Of a stretch of 64,000 nucleotides of DNA, positions 25,889-35,232 are shown piece by piece. The stretch is from positions 266,589 to 330,588 of the forward strand of contig CAVYZY010000008.1 of NCBI GenBank assembly GCA_963773095.1, read 5' to 3'. Numbering within the stretch: the first letter of the stretch is position 1; each line of letters begins with the position of its first letter. Position numbers and translations under genes: made by a program. This DNA comes from an uncultured Gemmatimonadales bacterium (GTDB taxonomy: Bacteria; Gemmatimonadota; Gemmatimonadetes; Gemmatimonadales; GWC2-71-9). The notes beneath the pieces are model-generated. The model was given only the letters and a program-made list of their open reading frames with translations, ran no database searches and was not told the origin of the DNA.

Positions 25889-27016
25889 ATGCTCTACTAC
25901 CTGCTCGCACCGCTGGGCAAGAAGTATCTCCTCTTCAACCTCATCAACTACCTGAGCTTCCGGGCGGCGGCCGCGATGGTCACCGCGCTGCTCATCGCGT
26001 TCCTGGTGGGCCCGGGCATCATCGCGAAGCTGCGGGCGCGGAAGGTGGGGCAGGTGATCCGCGCGGAGGGGCCCGCGAGCCACCAGGGGAAGCGTGGCAC
26101 GCCGACGATGGGCGGGATCATCATCCTGCTCGCGACGGTGATCCCGACGCTGTTGTGGGCCCGGCTGGAGAACCGCGCGGTGCTGTTCGCGCTGCTCTCG
26201 ATCCTCTGGATGGGCGGCATCGGGTTCCTCGACGACTACCTCAAGATCGTGCAGGGCAAGTCGCGCGGGCTGGTGGCGCGCTGGAAGCTGGTGGGACAGT
26301 GCTCGTTCGGCATCGCGCTGGGCCTCCTGCTCTACCACTATCCAGTGGTACCGGTAGACACCATCCCGGCCACCGCTACAACTCTTCCTTTCTTCAAGTA
26401 CCTGGTGGTCAACTTCACGCCGCTCGTGTTCGTGGGCTTCGTCACGCTGGTCATCACCGGCAGCAGCAACGCCGTCAACCTGACGGACGGGCTCGATGGC
26501 CTCGCCGCCGGGCTTGCGGCCATCGCCGCGTTCGGCTTCGCGGTGTTCGCCTACCTGCTGGGCCGCACCGACGCGACCAGTTACCTGTATCTCTTCTACC
26601 TGCCCGGTGCCGGGGAGATCGCGGTGTTCTGTGCCGCGCTCATGGGTGGCTGCATCGGATTCCTCTGGTTCAACGCCCACCCGGCGCAGGTGTTCATGGG
26701 CGACACCGGCAGCCTCGCGATCGGCGGGGCCTTCGGGACGGTGGCGATCCTGCTCAAGGCGGAGTTCCTGCTGCTGCTGATCGGCGGCGTGTTCGTGGCG
26801 GAAGCGGTGTCGGTGATGGCGCAGACCTCGGTGTACAAGTGGTTCCGTCGCACGCGAGGGAAGGAATACGCCGACGCGCACCGCGTGTTCCGCATGGCGC
26901 CGCTGCACCACCACTTCGAGAAGCTGGGCTGGCACGAGACCACGGTGGTGACCCGCTTCTACATTCTCGGCATCTTCTGCGCGCTGCTGGCGCTCTCCAC
27001 CCTCAAGCTACGGTGA
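25889..27016 (+). CDS. mraY: Phospho-MurNAc-pentapeptide translocase MraY
   Basis: Polytopic membrane protein with KRGTPTMGGIIIL, NAVNLTDGLDGLA, MGDTGSLAIGG, PLHHHFE blocks. Confidence 0.95.
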   Translation: MLYYLLAPLGKKYLLFNLINYLSFRAAAAMVTALLIAFLVGPGIIAKLRARKVGQVIRAEGPASHQGKRGTPTMGGIIILLATVIPTLLWARLENRAVLFALLSILWMGGIGFLDDYLKIVQGKSRGLVARWKLVGQCSFGIALGLLLYHYPVVPVDTIPATATTLPFFKYLVVNFTPLVFVGFVTLVITGSSNAVNLTDGLDGLAAGLAAIAAFGFAVFAYLLGRTDATSYLYLFYLPGAGEIAVFCAALMGGCIGFLWFNAHPAQVFMGDTGSLAIGGAFGTVAILLKAEFLLLLIGGVFVAEAVSVMAQTSVYKWFRRTRGKEYADAHRVFRMAPLHHHFEKLGWHETTVVTRFYILGIFCALLALSTLKLR

Positions 27017-28368
27017 GCCTGCTCGACGACCTTCGCCGAGATGGCCGGGAGACGGCGATCATCGGGCTGGGCAAGAGCGGCGTCGCGGCCGGGCAGCTGC
27101 TGCGCGACCATGACGTCCCGGTCTATGCATCGGAGATCCGGGACAGCGCCACGACGCAGGGCTGGGCCGCGACGCTTCGGCAGGCGGGAGCGCAGGTGGA
27201 ACTGGGCGCACACGACCTCGCGCGCATTGCGCATGCGGGCACCGTGATCGTGGCGCCGGGCGTGCCACCGGCAGCGCCGCCGATCCGTGCCGCCGTGGAC
27301 GCCGGGATGCCGATCCTGGCGGAGGTGGACCTCGGGTTCACCGCGCTCCCGGCAACGCGCTTCGTGGCCCTCACCGGGACGAACGGCAAGACGACGACCA
27401 CATCGCTGGTGGCCCACCTCATGACGGCAACCGGGCTCGACGCGGTGGCGGCCGGCAACATCGGCCTGCCGCTCTGCGAGGTGGCGCGCGGTGCCACGCC
27501 GCCGGCGTGGGTGGCACTCGAGCTGTCCTCGTTCCAGCTCCACGACTGTCCCCACGTCAAGCCGCAGGTGGGTGCGCTGCTCAACCTCGCGCCCAATCAC
27601 CTCGACCGGTACGAGAGCCTGAAGGAGTACTACGACGACAAGGCGCTCCTCTTCCGGAACGCCGACGCCGCGTCGGTGACGGTCTCCAACGCCGACGATG
27701 CGGCGGTGCAGGGCATCGTGGCCACCGTACCCGGGCGGCACCTCCGGTTCTCGGTCGCGGGACGCGCCGATGGATGGTTCGATCGCGCGGGCGGATGGCT
27801 CATGCTGGGATCGGAGCGGCTACTGGAACGCGGACGGCTGCCGCTGCTGGGCGATCACAACATCGCCAACGCGCTGGCGGCGGGCCTCATGGTGCGCGAG
27901 CTGGGAGGCACGGTCGTGGCGATGGCCGCCGGGCTGACCAGCTTCCGGGCCATCGAGCACCGGGTGGAGCCGGTGCGCGAGGTGAGGGGCGTGCTCTGGA
28001 TCAACGACTCCAAGTCGACCAACGTGACGTCGACCGAGGTGGCGATCGCGGCACTCGACCGGCCGTTCGTGCTGCTGCTGGGCGGGCGGCACAAGGGTGA
28101 GCCCTACACGAAGCTGGGGCCGCTGCTGCGGCCGCGCTGCCGGGCGGTGGTGGCCTACGGCGAATCGGGCGATCTGGTCGAGCACGACCTGCGCGACGCG
28201 GTGCAGGTGGTGCGGGCCGGCACGTTCGAGCAGGTGGTGGAGACCGCCGCCGGCCTTGCCCAGGCGGGTGATGCCGTGCTGCTGTCGCCTGCCTGCTCGA
28301 GCTATGACATGTTCAACAACTACGAGGAGCGCGGGGCCCGCTTCCGCGCGCTGGTCGAGGCACTCTGA
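27013..28368 (+). CDS. murD: UDP-MurNAc-L-Ala:D-Glu ligase MurD
   Basis: IIGLGKSGVAAGQLL, LTGTNGKTTTTSL, NDSKSTNV. GTG 27013 overlaps the mraY stop. In frame with track ORF 24844-28368, whose upstream part is shadow. Confidence 0.9.
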   Translation: MSLLDDLRRDGRETAIIGLGKSGVAAGQLLRDHDVPVYASEIRDSATTQGWAATLRQAGAQVELGAHDLARIAHAGTVIVAPGVPPAAPPIRAAVDAGMPILAEVDLGFTALPATRFVALTGTNGKTTTTSLVAHLMTATGLDAVAAGNIGLPLCEVARGATPPAWVALELSSFQLHDCPHVKPQVGALLNLAPNHLDRYESLKEYYDDKALLFRNADAASVTVSNADDAAVQGIVATVPGRHLRFSVAGRADGWFDRAGGWLMLGSERLLERGRLPLLGDHNIANALAAGLMVRELGGTVVAMAAGLTSFRAIEHRVEPVREVRGVLWINDSKSTNVTSTEVAIAALDRPFVLLLGGRHKGEPYTKLGPLLRPRCRAVVAYGESGDLVEHDLRDAVQVVRAGTFEQVVETAAGLAQAGDAVLLSPACSSYDMFNNYEERGARFRALVEAL

Positions 28369-29516
28369 TGGCGGCACCAATGGTGAAGCACCCAGGCGAA
28401 CTGCGGTGGGAGACGCGACTGCTCGCCGTCGTGGTGCTCACGCTGCTCGTGTTCGGCGTGGCCACCGTCTATGGCGCCGCCGGACTCCAGACCCGCAGCG
28501 CCGGTCTCAACGTGGCGCTGAGCCAGCTCTCGGGCGCGCTCCTGGGTGGCGTGCTGCTCGTCGCGATCGCCCGGGTGGACTACCGGGTGTGGCAGCGGCT
28601 CGCATGGCCGGTGCTGCTCGTCACGATCGTACTGCTGATCATTCCGCTGCTGCCGTTCACGTACGGCATCGCGCCCCTCATCAACGGTGCCCGCCGCTGG
28701 GTGCAGATCGGGCCACTGCGCCTGCAGCCCTCGGAGCTTGCGCGCCTCGCCGTCGTCATCTGGTGCGCCATGCTCGCGGCCCGGAAGGGCGAGGCGGTGC
28801 GCGGCTTCAAGAAGGGCGTCCTGCCGTTCCTGGTGGGGATGGGAGCGCTGTCGGGGCTCATCGTGCTCGAGCCCAACATGTCGATGGCCACGCTGGTGGC
28901 GCTCTGTGGCGCGATGGTGCTCTTCACGGCAGGTGCCAAGCTGGGCCACTTCCTGCTGCTCGGCCTGGGCGCGATGCTGCTCGCGGTACAGGCGGTCATC
29001 ATGGCGCCGTACCGGATGCAGCGCGTGCTCGCGTTCATCGATCCTGACAAGGTGGGCGCCGACGCCCATCACCAGATCAACGAATCGATCATCGGGGTGG
29101 GCGCCGGCCGCTTCCTGGGGGTGGGCTTCGGGGAAGGGCAGCAGAAGTTCCACCTGCCGTATGCCTATTCCGACTTCCTGTTCAGCACCATCGCCGAGGA
29201 ATGGGGCTTCATCGGCGTGTGCCTGGTGGTGCTGCTGTTCTCCCTCTTCTGCTGGCTGGGCTTCCGCATCGCGCGCACGGCGGCGGACAATTTCGGCCAA
29301 TACCTCGCGGTCGGGCTCACGAGCGCGGTGGGGCTCACCGCCTTCCTGCACATGGCGGTGTCGCTCGGGCTGATGCCGACGACGGGGCTCACGCTGCCGT
29401 TCATGTCGTACGGTCGCACCAGTCTCGTGATCTCCCTGATCGGTGCCGGGATACTGATCAACATCGGGCGGATGCGGGGGAAGCCGGCTCCCAGGAAAGT
29501 GAGCGGTGAGCGGTGA
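28368..29516 (+). CDS. ftsW: SEDS-family peptidoglycan polymerase / division protein FtsW
   Basis: 10-TM SEDS pattern (RWVQIGPLRLQPSELARL, LEPNMSMA, HLPYAYSDFLFSTIAEEWGFIG, GLMPTTGLTLPFMSYGRTS). TGATG junction with murD. Confidence 0.9.
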   Translation: MAAPMVKHPGELRWETRLLAVVVLTLLVFGVATVYGAAGLQTRSAGLNVALSQLSGALLGGVLLVAIARVDYRVWQRLAWPVLLVTIVLLIIPLLPFTYGIAPLINGARRWVQIGPLRLQPSELARLAVVIWCAMLAARKGEAVRGFKKGVLPFLVGMGALSGLIVLEPNMSMATLVALCGAMVLFTAGAKLGHFLLLGLGAMLLAVQAVIMAPYRMQRVLAFIDPDKVGADAHHQINESIIGVGAGRFLGVGFGEGQQKFHLPYAYSDFLFSTIAEEWGFIGVCLVVLLFSLFCWLGFRIARTAADNFGQYLAVGLTSAVGLTAFLHMAVSLGLMPTTGLTLPFMSYGRTSLVISLIGAGILINIGRMRGKPAPRKVSGER

Positions 29517-29572
29517 GCAGTGAGCGGGGGTGCGGGGAGTCACCCGCTCACCGCTCACCGCTGAGCGCTGAC
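29499..29572. repeat. Palindromic heptamer-array element (GTGAGCG x4 | loop | CCGCTCA-type x4), terminator-like hairpin between ftsW and murG
   Basis: GTGAGCGGG (29520-29528) pairs perfectly with CCCGCTCAC (29543-29551); the arms extend in heptamer register with few mismatches. The ftsW stop lies in the left arm. Confidence 0.85.
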
Positions 29573-29586
29573 CGGTAGGAGGGGGA

Positions 29587-30696
29587 TTGTCGCCACGCGT
29601 CGCCTCCTCCGGCTCCCGCATCCTCATCGCGGGCGGCGGCACCGGCGGCCATCTCATGCCGGCGCTGTCGGTGGCCGAGGCGCTGCGGGCGATGCCGGCC
29701 GGATTCGAGCCGGTGCTGATCGGGGCGGTGCGGGGCGTGGAGGCGCGGCTGCTGCCGCACCGGAACTTCCGCTACCACCTGCTGCCCGCGGAACCGATCT
29801 ACCGGCGCCAGTGGTGGAAGAACCTCCGCTGGCCGTTCGTCAGCATCAGTCTGCTGCGCAAGCTGAGGAAGCTGTTTCGGGAGGAGCATCCGGTCGCCGT
29901 GCTGGGCACGGGCGGCTACGCGAGTGCCCCGGTGGTGTGGTGGGCCAGTCGGCTCGGCATCCCGACCGCGATCCAGGAGCAGAACGCCTATCCCGGCCTG
30001 TCGAACCGGTGGCTGGCGAAGCGGGTGCAGGAGATCTACCTGGGCCTGCCCGAAGCCATGGCGCACTTCGACAAGGGCACGACGGCGCGAATGATCGAGA
30101 CGGGCAACCCGATCGCGCCGCCCACGCCGGGGCGGGCCGAACATGCGCGGCTCCGCTTCGGGATCAAGCCGGGCCGTCGCACGGTGCTCATCACCGGCGG
30201 CAGCCAGGGAGCGCTCGCGATCAACCAGGCGGTGGCCGACTGGATCGGGGCGGGTGGCCCGCGTGGCGTGGACATCCTCTGGATCACCGGGTCCGGCACC
30301 TACGAGCAGTTCAAGCACTTCCATGAGCCGCACGTGCAGGTCATCTCCTTCCTCGACCCGATGGCGGACGGCTATGCGGTCGCGGACCTGGTAGTGTCGC
30401 GGGCGGGGATGATCACGATCGCCGAGCTCTGCGCGTGGGGGCTGCCCAGCATCCTCGTTCCGCTGCCGACGGCGGCGGCCGACCACCAGACCGGCAACGC
30501 GCGCGCGATGGAGATGGCGGGCGCCGCGAGCGTGCTGCTGCAGAGCGAGCTCACCGGGAAGCGGCTGGGCGAGGAGATCGGGCGCCTGTTCGAGTTCCCC
30601 GAGGCGCGGAGGGAAATGGCCGACCAGGCCCGGAAGCGTGGCCGGCCCGACGCCGCCCGGGCCATTGCCGCACGGCTGGCCGCCCTGGCCGGGTAA
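29587..30696 (+). CDS. murG: Lipid I : UDP-GlcNAc transferase MurG
   Basis: ILIAGGGTGGHLMPALSVAEAL, GGSQGA, TAAADHQTGNA. TTG start 6 nt after an AGGAGGGGG Shine-Dalgarno. Confidence 0.9.
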   Translation: MSPRVASSGSRILIAGGGTGGHLMPALSVAEALRAMPAGFEPVLIGAVRGVEARLLPHRNFRYHLLPAEPIYRRQWWKNLRWPFVSISLLRKLRKLFREEHPVAVLGTGGYASAPVVWWASRLGIPTAIQEQNAYPGLSNRWLAKRVQEIYLGLPEAMAHFDKGTTARMIETGNPIAPPTPGRAEHARLRFGIKPGRRTVLITGGSQGALAINQAVADWIGAGGPRGVDILWITGSGTYEQFKHFHEPHVQVISFLDPMADGYAVADLVVSRAGMITIAELCAWGLPSILVPLPTAAADHQTGNARAMEMAGAASVLLQSELTGKRLGEEIGRLFEFPEARREMADQARKRGRPDAARAIAARLAALAG

Positions 30697-30754
30697 CTGT
30701 CCAGTTTCCGGACTGTTCCCGGCGTCACAACTGTCCTAAATTCAGCAAGTTACG

Positions 30755-32128
30755 ATGGATCTTTTCGCAGCAAACGACTCGCGTCCGGTGCACTTCATGG
30801 GCATTGGTGGCGCCGGGATGAGTGCCTTGGCGCTCCTGGCCCGGCGCCGGGGCGTGGTGCTCAGTGGCTGCGACAACGATCCCAGCGGGGCGGCGGACCT
30901 CATCGAGCTGGGCGTCCCGGTGGTGCAGGGGCACGGCGCGGCCCATGTGCAGGGTTGCCGGGCGGTGGTGGTGACGGCGGCGGTTCCGGCCGACCATCCC
31001 GAACTGGCCGCAGCGCGGGCGGCGGGCATTCCGGTGGTGCCACGGAAGGACGCGCTCGCGGCGCTCTGCGCCGGGCGCGAGACGGTGGCGGTGAGCGGCA
31101 CACACGGCAAGACGACCACCACCGTCATGACCACCGAGGCATTGATGCAGGCGGGACTCGACCCCACGGGGCTCGCCGGCGGGCGGGTTTCGAGCTGGGG
31201 TGGCAACGCGCGGGTTGGGGGGGACGGGTTGTTCGTGGTGGAGGCCGACGAGTACGACCAGGCGTTCCTGGCGCTCGCTCCCACGGTGGCCATCGTCAAC
31301 AACGTCGAGGCCGACCATCTCGAGTGCTATGGTTCGCTCGAGTCGCTGGAGACCGCCTTCGTTACCTTCGCGGCGCGGGCGCGGGTGGCGATCGTGGGCA
31401 TCGACGATCCCGGTGCTGCCCGGATCGCTGCGCGGCTGGGCGACCGGGTGATGCGGTTCGGACTCGGCGCGGAGGCCGACGCCCGGATCCACGACATCTC
31501 GCAGCGGCCGGACCGCACCCATGCCCGGGTGCGCTTCCGCGATGGCGGCGAGATCGGCCTCACGCTGCACGTACCCGGGCTGCACAACCTCCGGAACGCG
31601 GTGGCGGCGCTCCTCGCGGTGGATGCCCTGGGCGGCGACCTGGAGGCAGCGGTCACGGCGCTGGCCCGGTTCCGCGGTGTGGGCCGCCGATTCGACCGGG
31701 TCGGCACGGCGGGCGGTGTGGACGTGATCGACGACTACGCGCACCACCCGACGGAGCTGGTGGCGACGCTCGAGGCCGCGCGGCAGGCGTTCCCCGGGCG
31801 GCGACTCGTGGCGGTGTTCCAGCCGCACCTGTACTCGAGGACCGAGCTTCACGGTGACGCGATGGGCATCGCCCTCGCGGCCGCGGACCTTGCGGTCGTC
31901 ACCGAGATCTACGCGGCGCGGGAACAGCCGGTGGCGGGCATCAGCGGACGCCGTGTAGCCGACGCGGCGCGGGCAGCGGGCGGCACGGCGCACTTCGAGG
32001 GTGATCGTGCCGGGCTGGGCCGGGCGGTCGCCACGCACCTCCGCGTCGGCGACGTGGTGCTGACCCTCGGTGCCGGCGACATCACGCGGGTGGGTCCGGA
32101 GCTGGTCGGCTTGCTGCAGCAGCGATGA
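30755..32128 (+). CDS. murC: UDP-MurNAc:L-Ala ligase MurC
   Basis: VHFMGIGGAGMSALA, VSGTHGKTTTT, VEADEYD, DDYAHHPTE. Confidence 0.92.
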   Translation: MDLFAANDSRPVHFMGIGGAGMSALALLARRRGVVLSGCDNDPSGAADLIELGVPVVQGHGAAHVQGCRAVVVTAAVPADHPELAAARAAGIPVVPRKDALAALCAGRETVAVSGTHGKTTTTVMTTEALMQAGLDPTGLAGGRVSSWGGNARVGGDGLFVVEADEYDQAFLALAPTVAIVNNVEADHLECYGSLESLETAFVTFAARARVAIVGIDDPGAARIAARLGDRVMRFGLGAEADARIHDISQRPDRTHARVRFRDGGEIGLTLHVPGLHNLRNAVAALLAVDALGGDLEAAVTALARFRGVGRRFDRVGTAGGVDVIDDYAHHPTELVATLEAARQAFPGRRLVAVFQPHLYSRTELHGDAMGIALAAADLAVVTEIYAAREQPVAGISGRRVADAARAAGGTAHFEGDRAGLGRAVATHLRVGDVVLTLGAGDITRVGPELVGLLQQR

Positions 32129-32799
32129 AACCGGGCTGGTACGTGGTGGGGGCGCTGGCCCTGCTCGGGTCGGGATGGTTCCTGGCGCCGAAACTCGGAC
32201 GCCGCCTCGCCTTCTTCGACGTGCGGAACATCGAGGTGGTGGGCGCCCGGTTCGTCCCGATGAGTACCCTTGTGGGCGCGCTCAAGCTCCCCGCCTCGGC
32301 CAGCATCTTCGATCCGCTCGGCCCGGTCGTGTCGCGGGTGCGCAAGCTTCCCGGCATCAAGGGCGTCGAGATCAGTCGCCGGCTTCCTGGCACGCTGGTG
32401 GTACGGGTCACGGAAGTGGTGCCGGTGGCGCTCGCGAATACGAAGGACGGCCTCCGCATGGTGGATGAGCAGGGCCATGCGCTGCCGTTCGATCCCTCGA
32501 GGACGGCGCCCGACCTGCCGCTGACGCCGACGCCCGACTCGCTGGTAGCCGGCCTCCTCGGACGGGTGCGCGAGATCGACCCCGCGTTCTACGCGAACGT
32601 GGATGCCGCCTGGCAGGTGCAGGGTGACGTGGTGCTCAGGATGCAGGGCCACCGAGTCTGGTTCCGGCCCGACGCCGGAGCGGCGGAGTTGCGCGCGATC
32701 AGGCTGGTGGAGCAGGACCTTGCCCGGCGTGGGAAGGCCTACGCGGAGCTCGACGGACGATTCGCGGACCAGGTGGTGGTCCGCTGGAGCGCGGCATGA
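32125..32799 (+). CDS. ftsQ: Cell division protein FtsQ (TM + POTRA)
   Basis: N-terminal TM WYVVGALALLGSGWFL, POTRA-like VRNIEVVGARFVPMSTL...VSRVRKLPGIKGVEISRRLPGTLVVRVTE. Position between murC and ftsA. Confidence 0.82.
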   Translation: MKPGWYVVGALALLGSGWFLAPKLGRRLAFFDVRNIEVVGARFVPMSTLVGALKLPASASIFDPLGPVVSRVRKLPGIKGVEISRRLPGTLVVRVTEVVPVALANTKDGLRMVDEQGHALPFDPSRTAPDLPLTPTPDSLVAGLLGRVREIDPAFYANVDAAWQVQGDVVLRMQGHRVWFRPDAGAAELRAIRLVEQDLARRGKAYAELDGRFADQVVVRWSAA

Positions 32800-34046
32800 C
32801 CGAACCGCAGAAACAGCTCGTGGCCGCCATCGACCTTGGCACGACCAAGGTCGCGGCGGCCGTTGCCGAAGCCACGGGCGACCCCCGGCATCCCTCCGCC
32901 AAGGTGCTGGGGATCGGTGTAGAGCGAACGCAGGGCGTGCGGCGCGGGGTGGTGCGCGACATCGAGGAAGCGACCCGGGCGATCACCAAGGCGATGAGCG
33001 CGGCGCAGAAGATGGCGGGCGCGGAGATCGGCACGGTGTACATCGGTGTCGCGGGCGAGCACGTGGCCGGCCGCACCTCGCATGGCATGGTGTCAGTGAC
33101 AAGCGACGAGATCCGCACCAGCGACGTGGCCCGGGTCAACGACATGGCCAGCAACATCTCGTTCGGTCGGGACCACGAGCTGCTGCACGCCATTCCGCTC
33201 GACTACCTGGTGGACCAGCAGGGCGGCATCACCGAGCCGATCGGCATGACCGGCTCCCGGCTGGAGGCCGAGGTGTACCTGGTCACCGTGCTCTCGAGCG
33301 TGCTCACCAACCTGCGGAAGTGCTCCGAGCGGGCCGGTTTCCAGGTGGGCGAGTTCGTGCTCGAGCCGCTGGCAGCCTCGACGGCGGTCCTGACCAGCGA
33401 CGAGCGCGAGCTGGGCTGCGCTATCGTGGAGCTGGGCGGCGGGTCCACCAACGTGGCGATCTTCCAGCACGGCAAGATCCGTCATACCGCGTCACTGCTC
33501 TGTGCCGGTGGGCACGTCACCAACGACATCGTGCACGGGCTCCAGGTCACCCAGGCCGACGCGGAGCGGCTCAAGGAGCGCTCTGGCTCGGCGTGGGAGC
33601 CGCTGGTGCCCGACACCGACATCATCGAGTTGCCGGGCACCCCGGGGCAGGGCGTCCGCACGGCCCAGCGCCGGGTGCTCGCGCACATCATGCATGCCCG
33701 GATGCAGGAGACGCTGGAATACGCGCTCGACGAAATCAGCAAGGCCGGGTACCACCAGCAGCTTCCCGCCGGTATCATCCTGACAGGTGGCGGCGCGCTC
33801 GCCCCGGGGATCGTGGAACTGGCCCGCGAGGTGTTCGCGATGCCGGTGCGGGTCGGGGTGCCGGGCCAGGGGTTGCGGGGCCTGGCCGACAGCCTGGAGA
33901 CGCCCCGGATGGCGGTGGTGGCGGGGCTCCTGCTCTACGGCGCGCGCCAGGAACTTTCAGGTGCATTCGGTACCGGCGTCCGCCGGAACCGCACAGTTGA
34001 GAAACTCGTGACCCCGGTCAAGCGGTGGCTCCAGGACTTCTTCTGA
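32796..34046 (+). CDS. ftsA: Cell division protein FtsA
   Basis: Actin-fold motifs [27 protein letters not shown]-terminal amphipathic tail KRWLQDFF. Confidence 0.93.
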   Translation: MTEPQKQLVAAIDLGTTKVAAAVAEATGDPRHPSAKVLGIGVERTQGVRRGVVRDIEEATRAITKAMSAAQKMAGAEIGTVYIGVAGEHVAGRTSHGMVSVTSDEIRTSDVARVNDMASNISFGRDHELLHAIPLDYLVDQQGGITEPIGMTGSRLEAEVYLVTVLSSVLTNLRKCSERAGFQVGEFVLEPLAASTAVLTSDERELGCAIVELGGGSTNVAIFQHGKIRHTASLLCAGGHVTNDIVHGLQVTQADAERLKERSGSAWEPLVPDTDIIELPGTPGQGVRTAQRRVLAHIMHARMQETLEYALDEISKAGYHQQLPAGIILTGGGALAPGIVELAREVFAMPVRVGVPGQGLRGLADSLETPRMAVVAGLLLYGARQELSGAFGTGVRRNRTVEKLVTPVKRWLQDFF

Positions 34047-34056
34047 GGAGGGGCGT

Positions 34057-35232
34057 GTGTCCGGAATGATCTTCGAGTTCGAGGACGCGGAGCGGAACGC
34101 GCAGAGCGCCCGGATGAAGGTGATCGGCATCGGCGGCGGCGGCGGCAACGCCGTCAACCGCATGATCGACGAAAACCTCCAGGGCGTGGACTTCATCTCC
34201 GTCAACACCGACGCGCAGGCGCTGACCCGGTCGAAGGCGGGCCACAAGATCCAGATCGGCAAGCGGCTCACCCGCGGGCTCGGTGCCGGTGCTCGGCCCG
34301 AGATCGGGCGCCAGGCGATCGAGGAGGATCGCGCCGAGGTGCTCGAGGCGCTGCAGGGCGCCGACATGGTGTTCATTACCTGCGGCATGGGCGGCGGCAC
34401 CGGTACCGGCGCGGCGCCAATCATTGCCGAGCTGGCGCGCGACGTGTCGGCGCTGACGGTCGGCATCGTGACGCGGCCCTTCCAGTTCGAGGGGAAGAAG
34501 CGCACGCTGCAGGCGGAGATGGGCATCGCGGAGATGCGGAAGAACGTCGACACCATGATCGTGGTGCCGAACGAGCGGCTCCTGGCCATCGTGGGGAAGG
34601 GCACCCAGTTCCTCGAGGCGCTCAAGAAGGCCGACGAGGTGTTGCTGCACGCCACGCAGGGCATTTCCCGCCTCATCACCACCACCGGCATCATCAACGT
34701 CGACTTCGCGGACGTGCGCACCGTCATGCAGAACGGCGGCGCCGCGCTCATGGGCACCGGCATCGGCCGGGGCGAGAACCGGGCGCTCGAGGCGGCACAG
34801 CAGGCGATCTCGAGCCCGCTGCTCGACAACGTGTCGATCACCGGAGCCTCTGCGGTGCTGCTCAACATCGTGGGTGGCGACGACCTGACCTTGGGTGAGG
34901 CCACCACCATCAGCGAGATCGTGCATGAGGCCGTGGGCGAGGACGCCGAGATCATCTTCGGCGCCGGCAACGATCCCGCGATGCAGGGCGAGATCCGCGT
35001 CACGGTCATTGCGACCGGTTTCGACCGCGGACAGATGCACGAGACGCGTCCGAGCGGCGTGATCTCATTCCCCGGCAGGAAGCGCCCTCCGCTTGGTGAG
35101 GAGCGCCAGGCGGCCGCCCCGCCACCGCCAGCACAGGTCCGTCCGCTGCGCCAGCCGCACCCGCAACCGCCGCCAGGGGCCGACGTGCCGGACATGGAAA
35201 TCCCGACCTTCATCCGTCGCCAGATGGATTGA
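34057..35232 (+). CDS. ftsZ: Cell division GTPase FtsZ
   Basis: [33 protein letters not shown] (tubulin signature). Pro-rich linker and conserved C-terminal peptide DIPTFIRRQ-like ([11 protein letters not shown]). GTG 34057 after GAGGAGG (ATG 34066 possible). Confidence 0.95.
   Translation: MSGMIFEFEDAERNAQSARMKVIGIGGGGGNAVNRMIDENLQGVDFISVNTDAQALTRSKAGHKIQIGKRLTRGLGAGARPEIGRQAIEEDRAEVLEALQGADMVFITCGMGGGTGTGAAPIIAELARDVSALTVGIVTRPFQFEGKKRTLQAEMGIAEMRKNVDTMIVVPNERLLAIVGKGTQFLEALKKADEVLLHATQGISRLITTTGIINVDFADVRTVMQNGGAALMGTGIGRGENRALEAAQQAISSPLLDNVSITGASAVLLNIVGGDDLTLGEATTISEIVHEAVGEDAEIIFGAGNDPAMQGEIRVTVIATGFDRGQMHETRPSGVISFPGRKRPPLGEERQAAAPPPPAQVRPLRQPHPQPPPGADVPDMEIPTFIRRQMD

Noticed and set aside
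29499-29530. GTGAGCG / GTAAGCG units as group II intron or splice-site-like boundaries (GUGYG-like).
   Set aside because: There is no intron-sized insert, no domain V-like structure and no reverse-transcriptase ORF. The units are tandem and located at gene ends.
29499-29572. Heptamer and nonamer arrays as CRISPR arrays.
   Set aside because: The units are 7-9 nt with no spacers. The arrays are under 80 nt, and no cas genes are present. They are microsatellite-like arrays and hairpins, not CRISPR.
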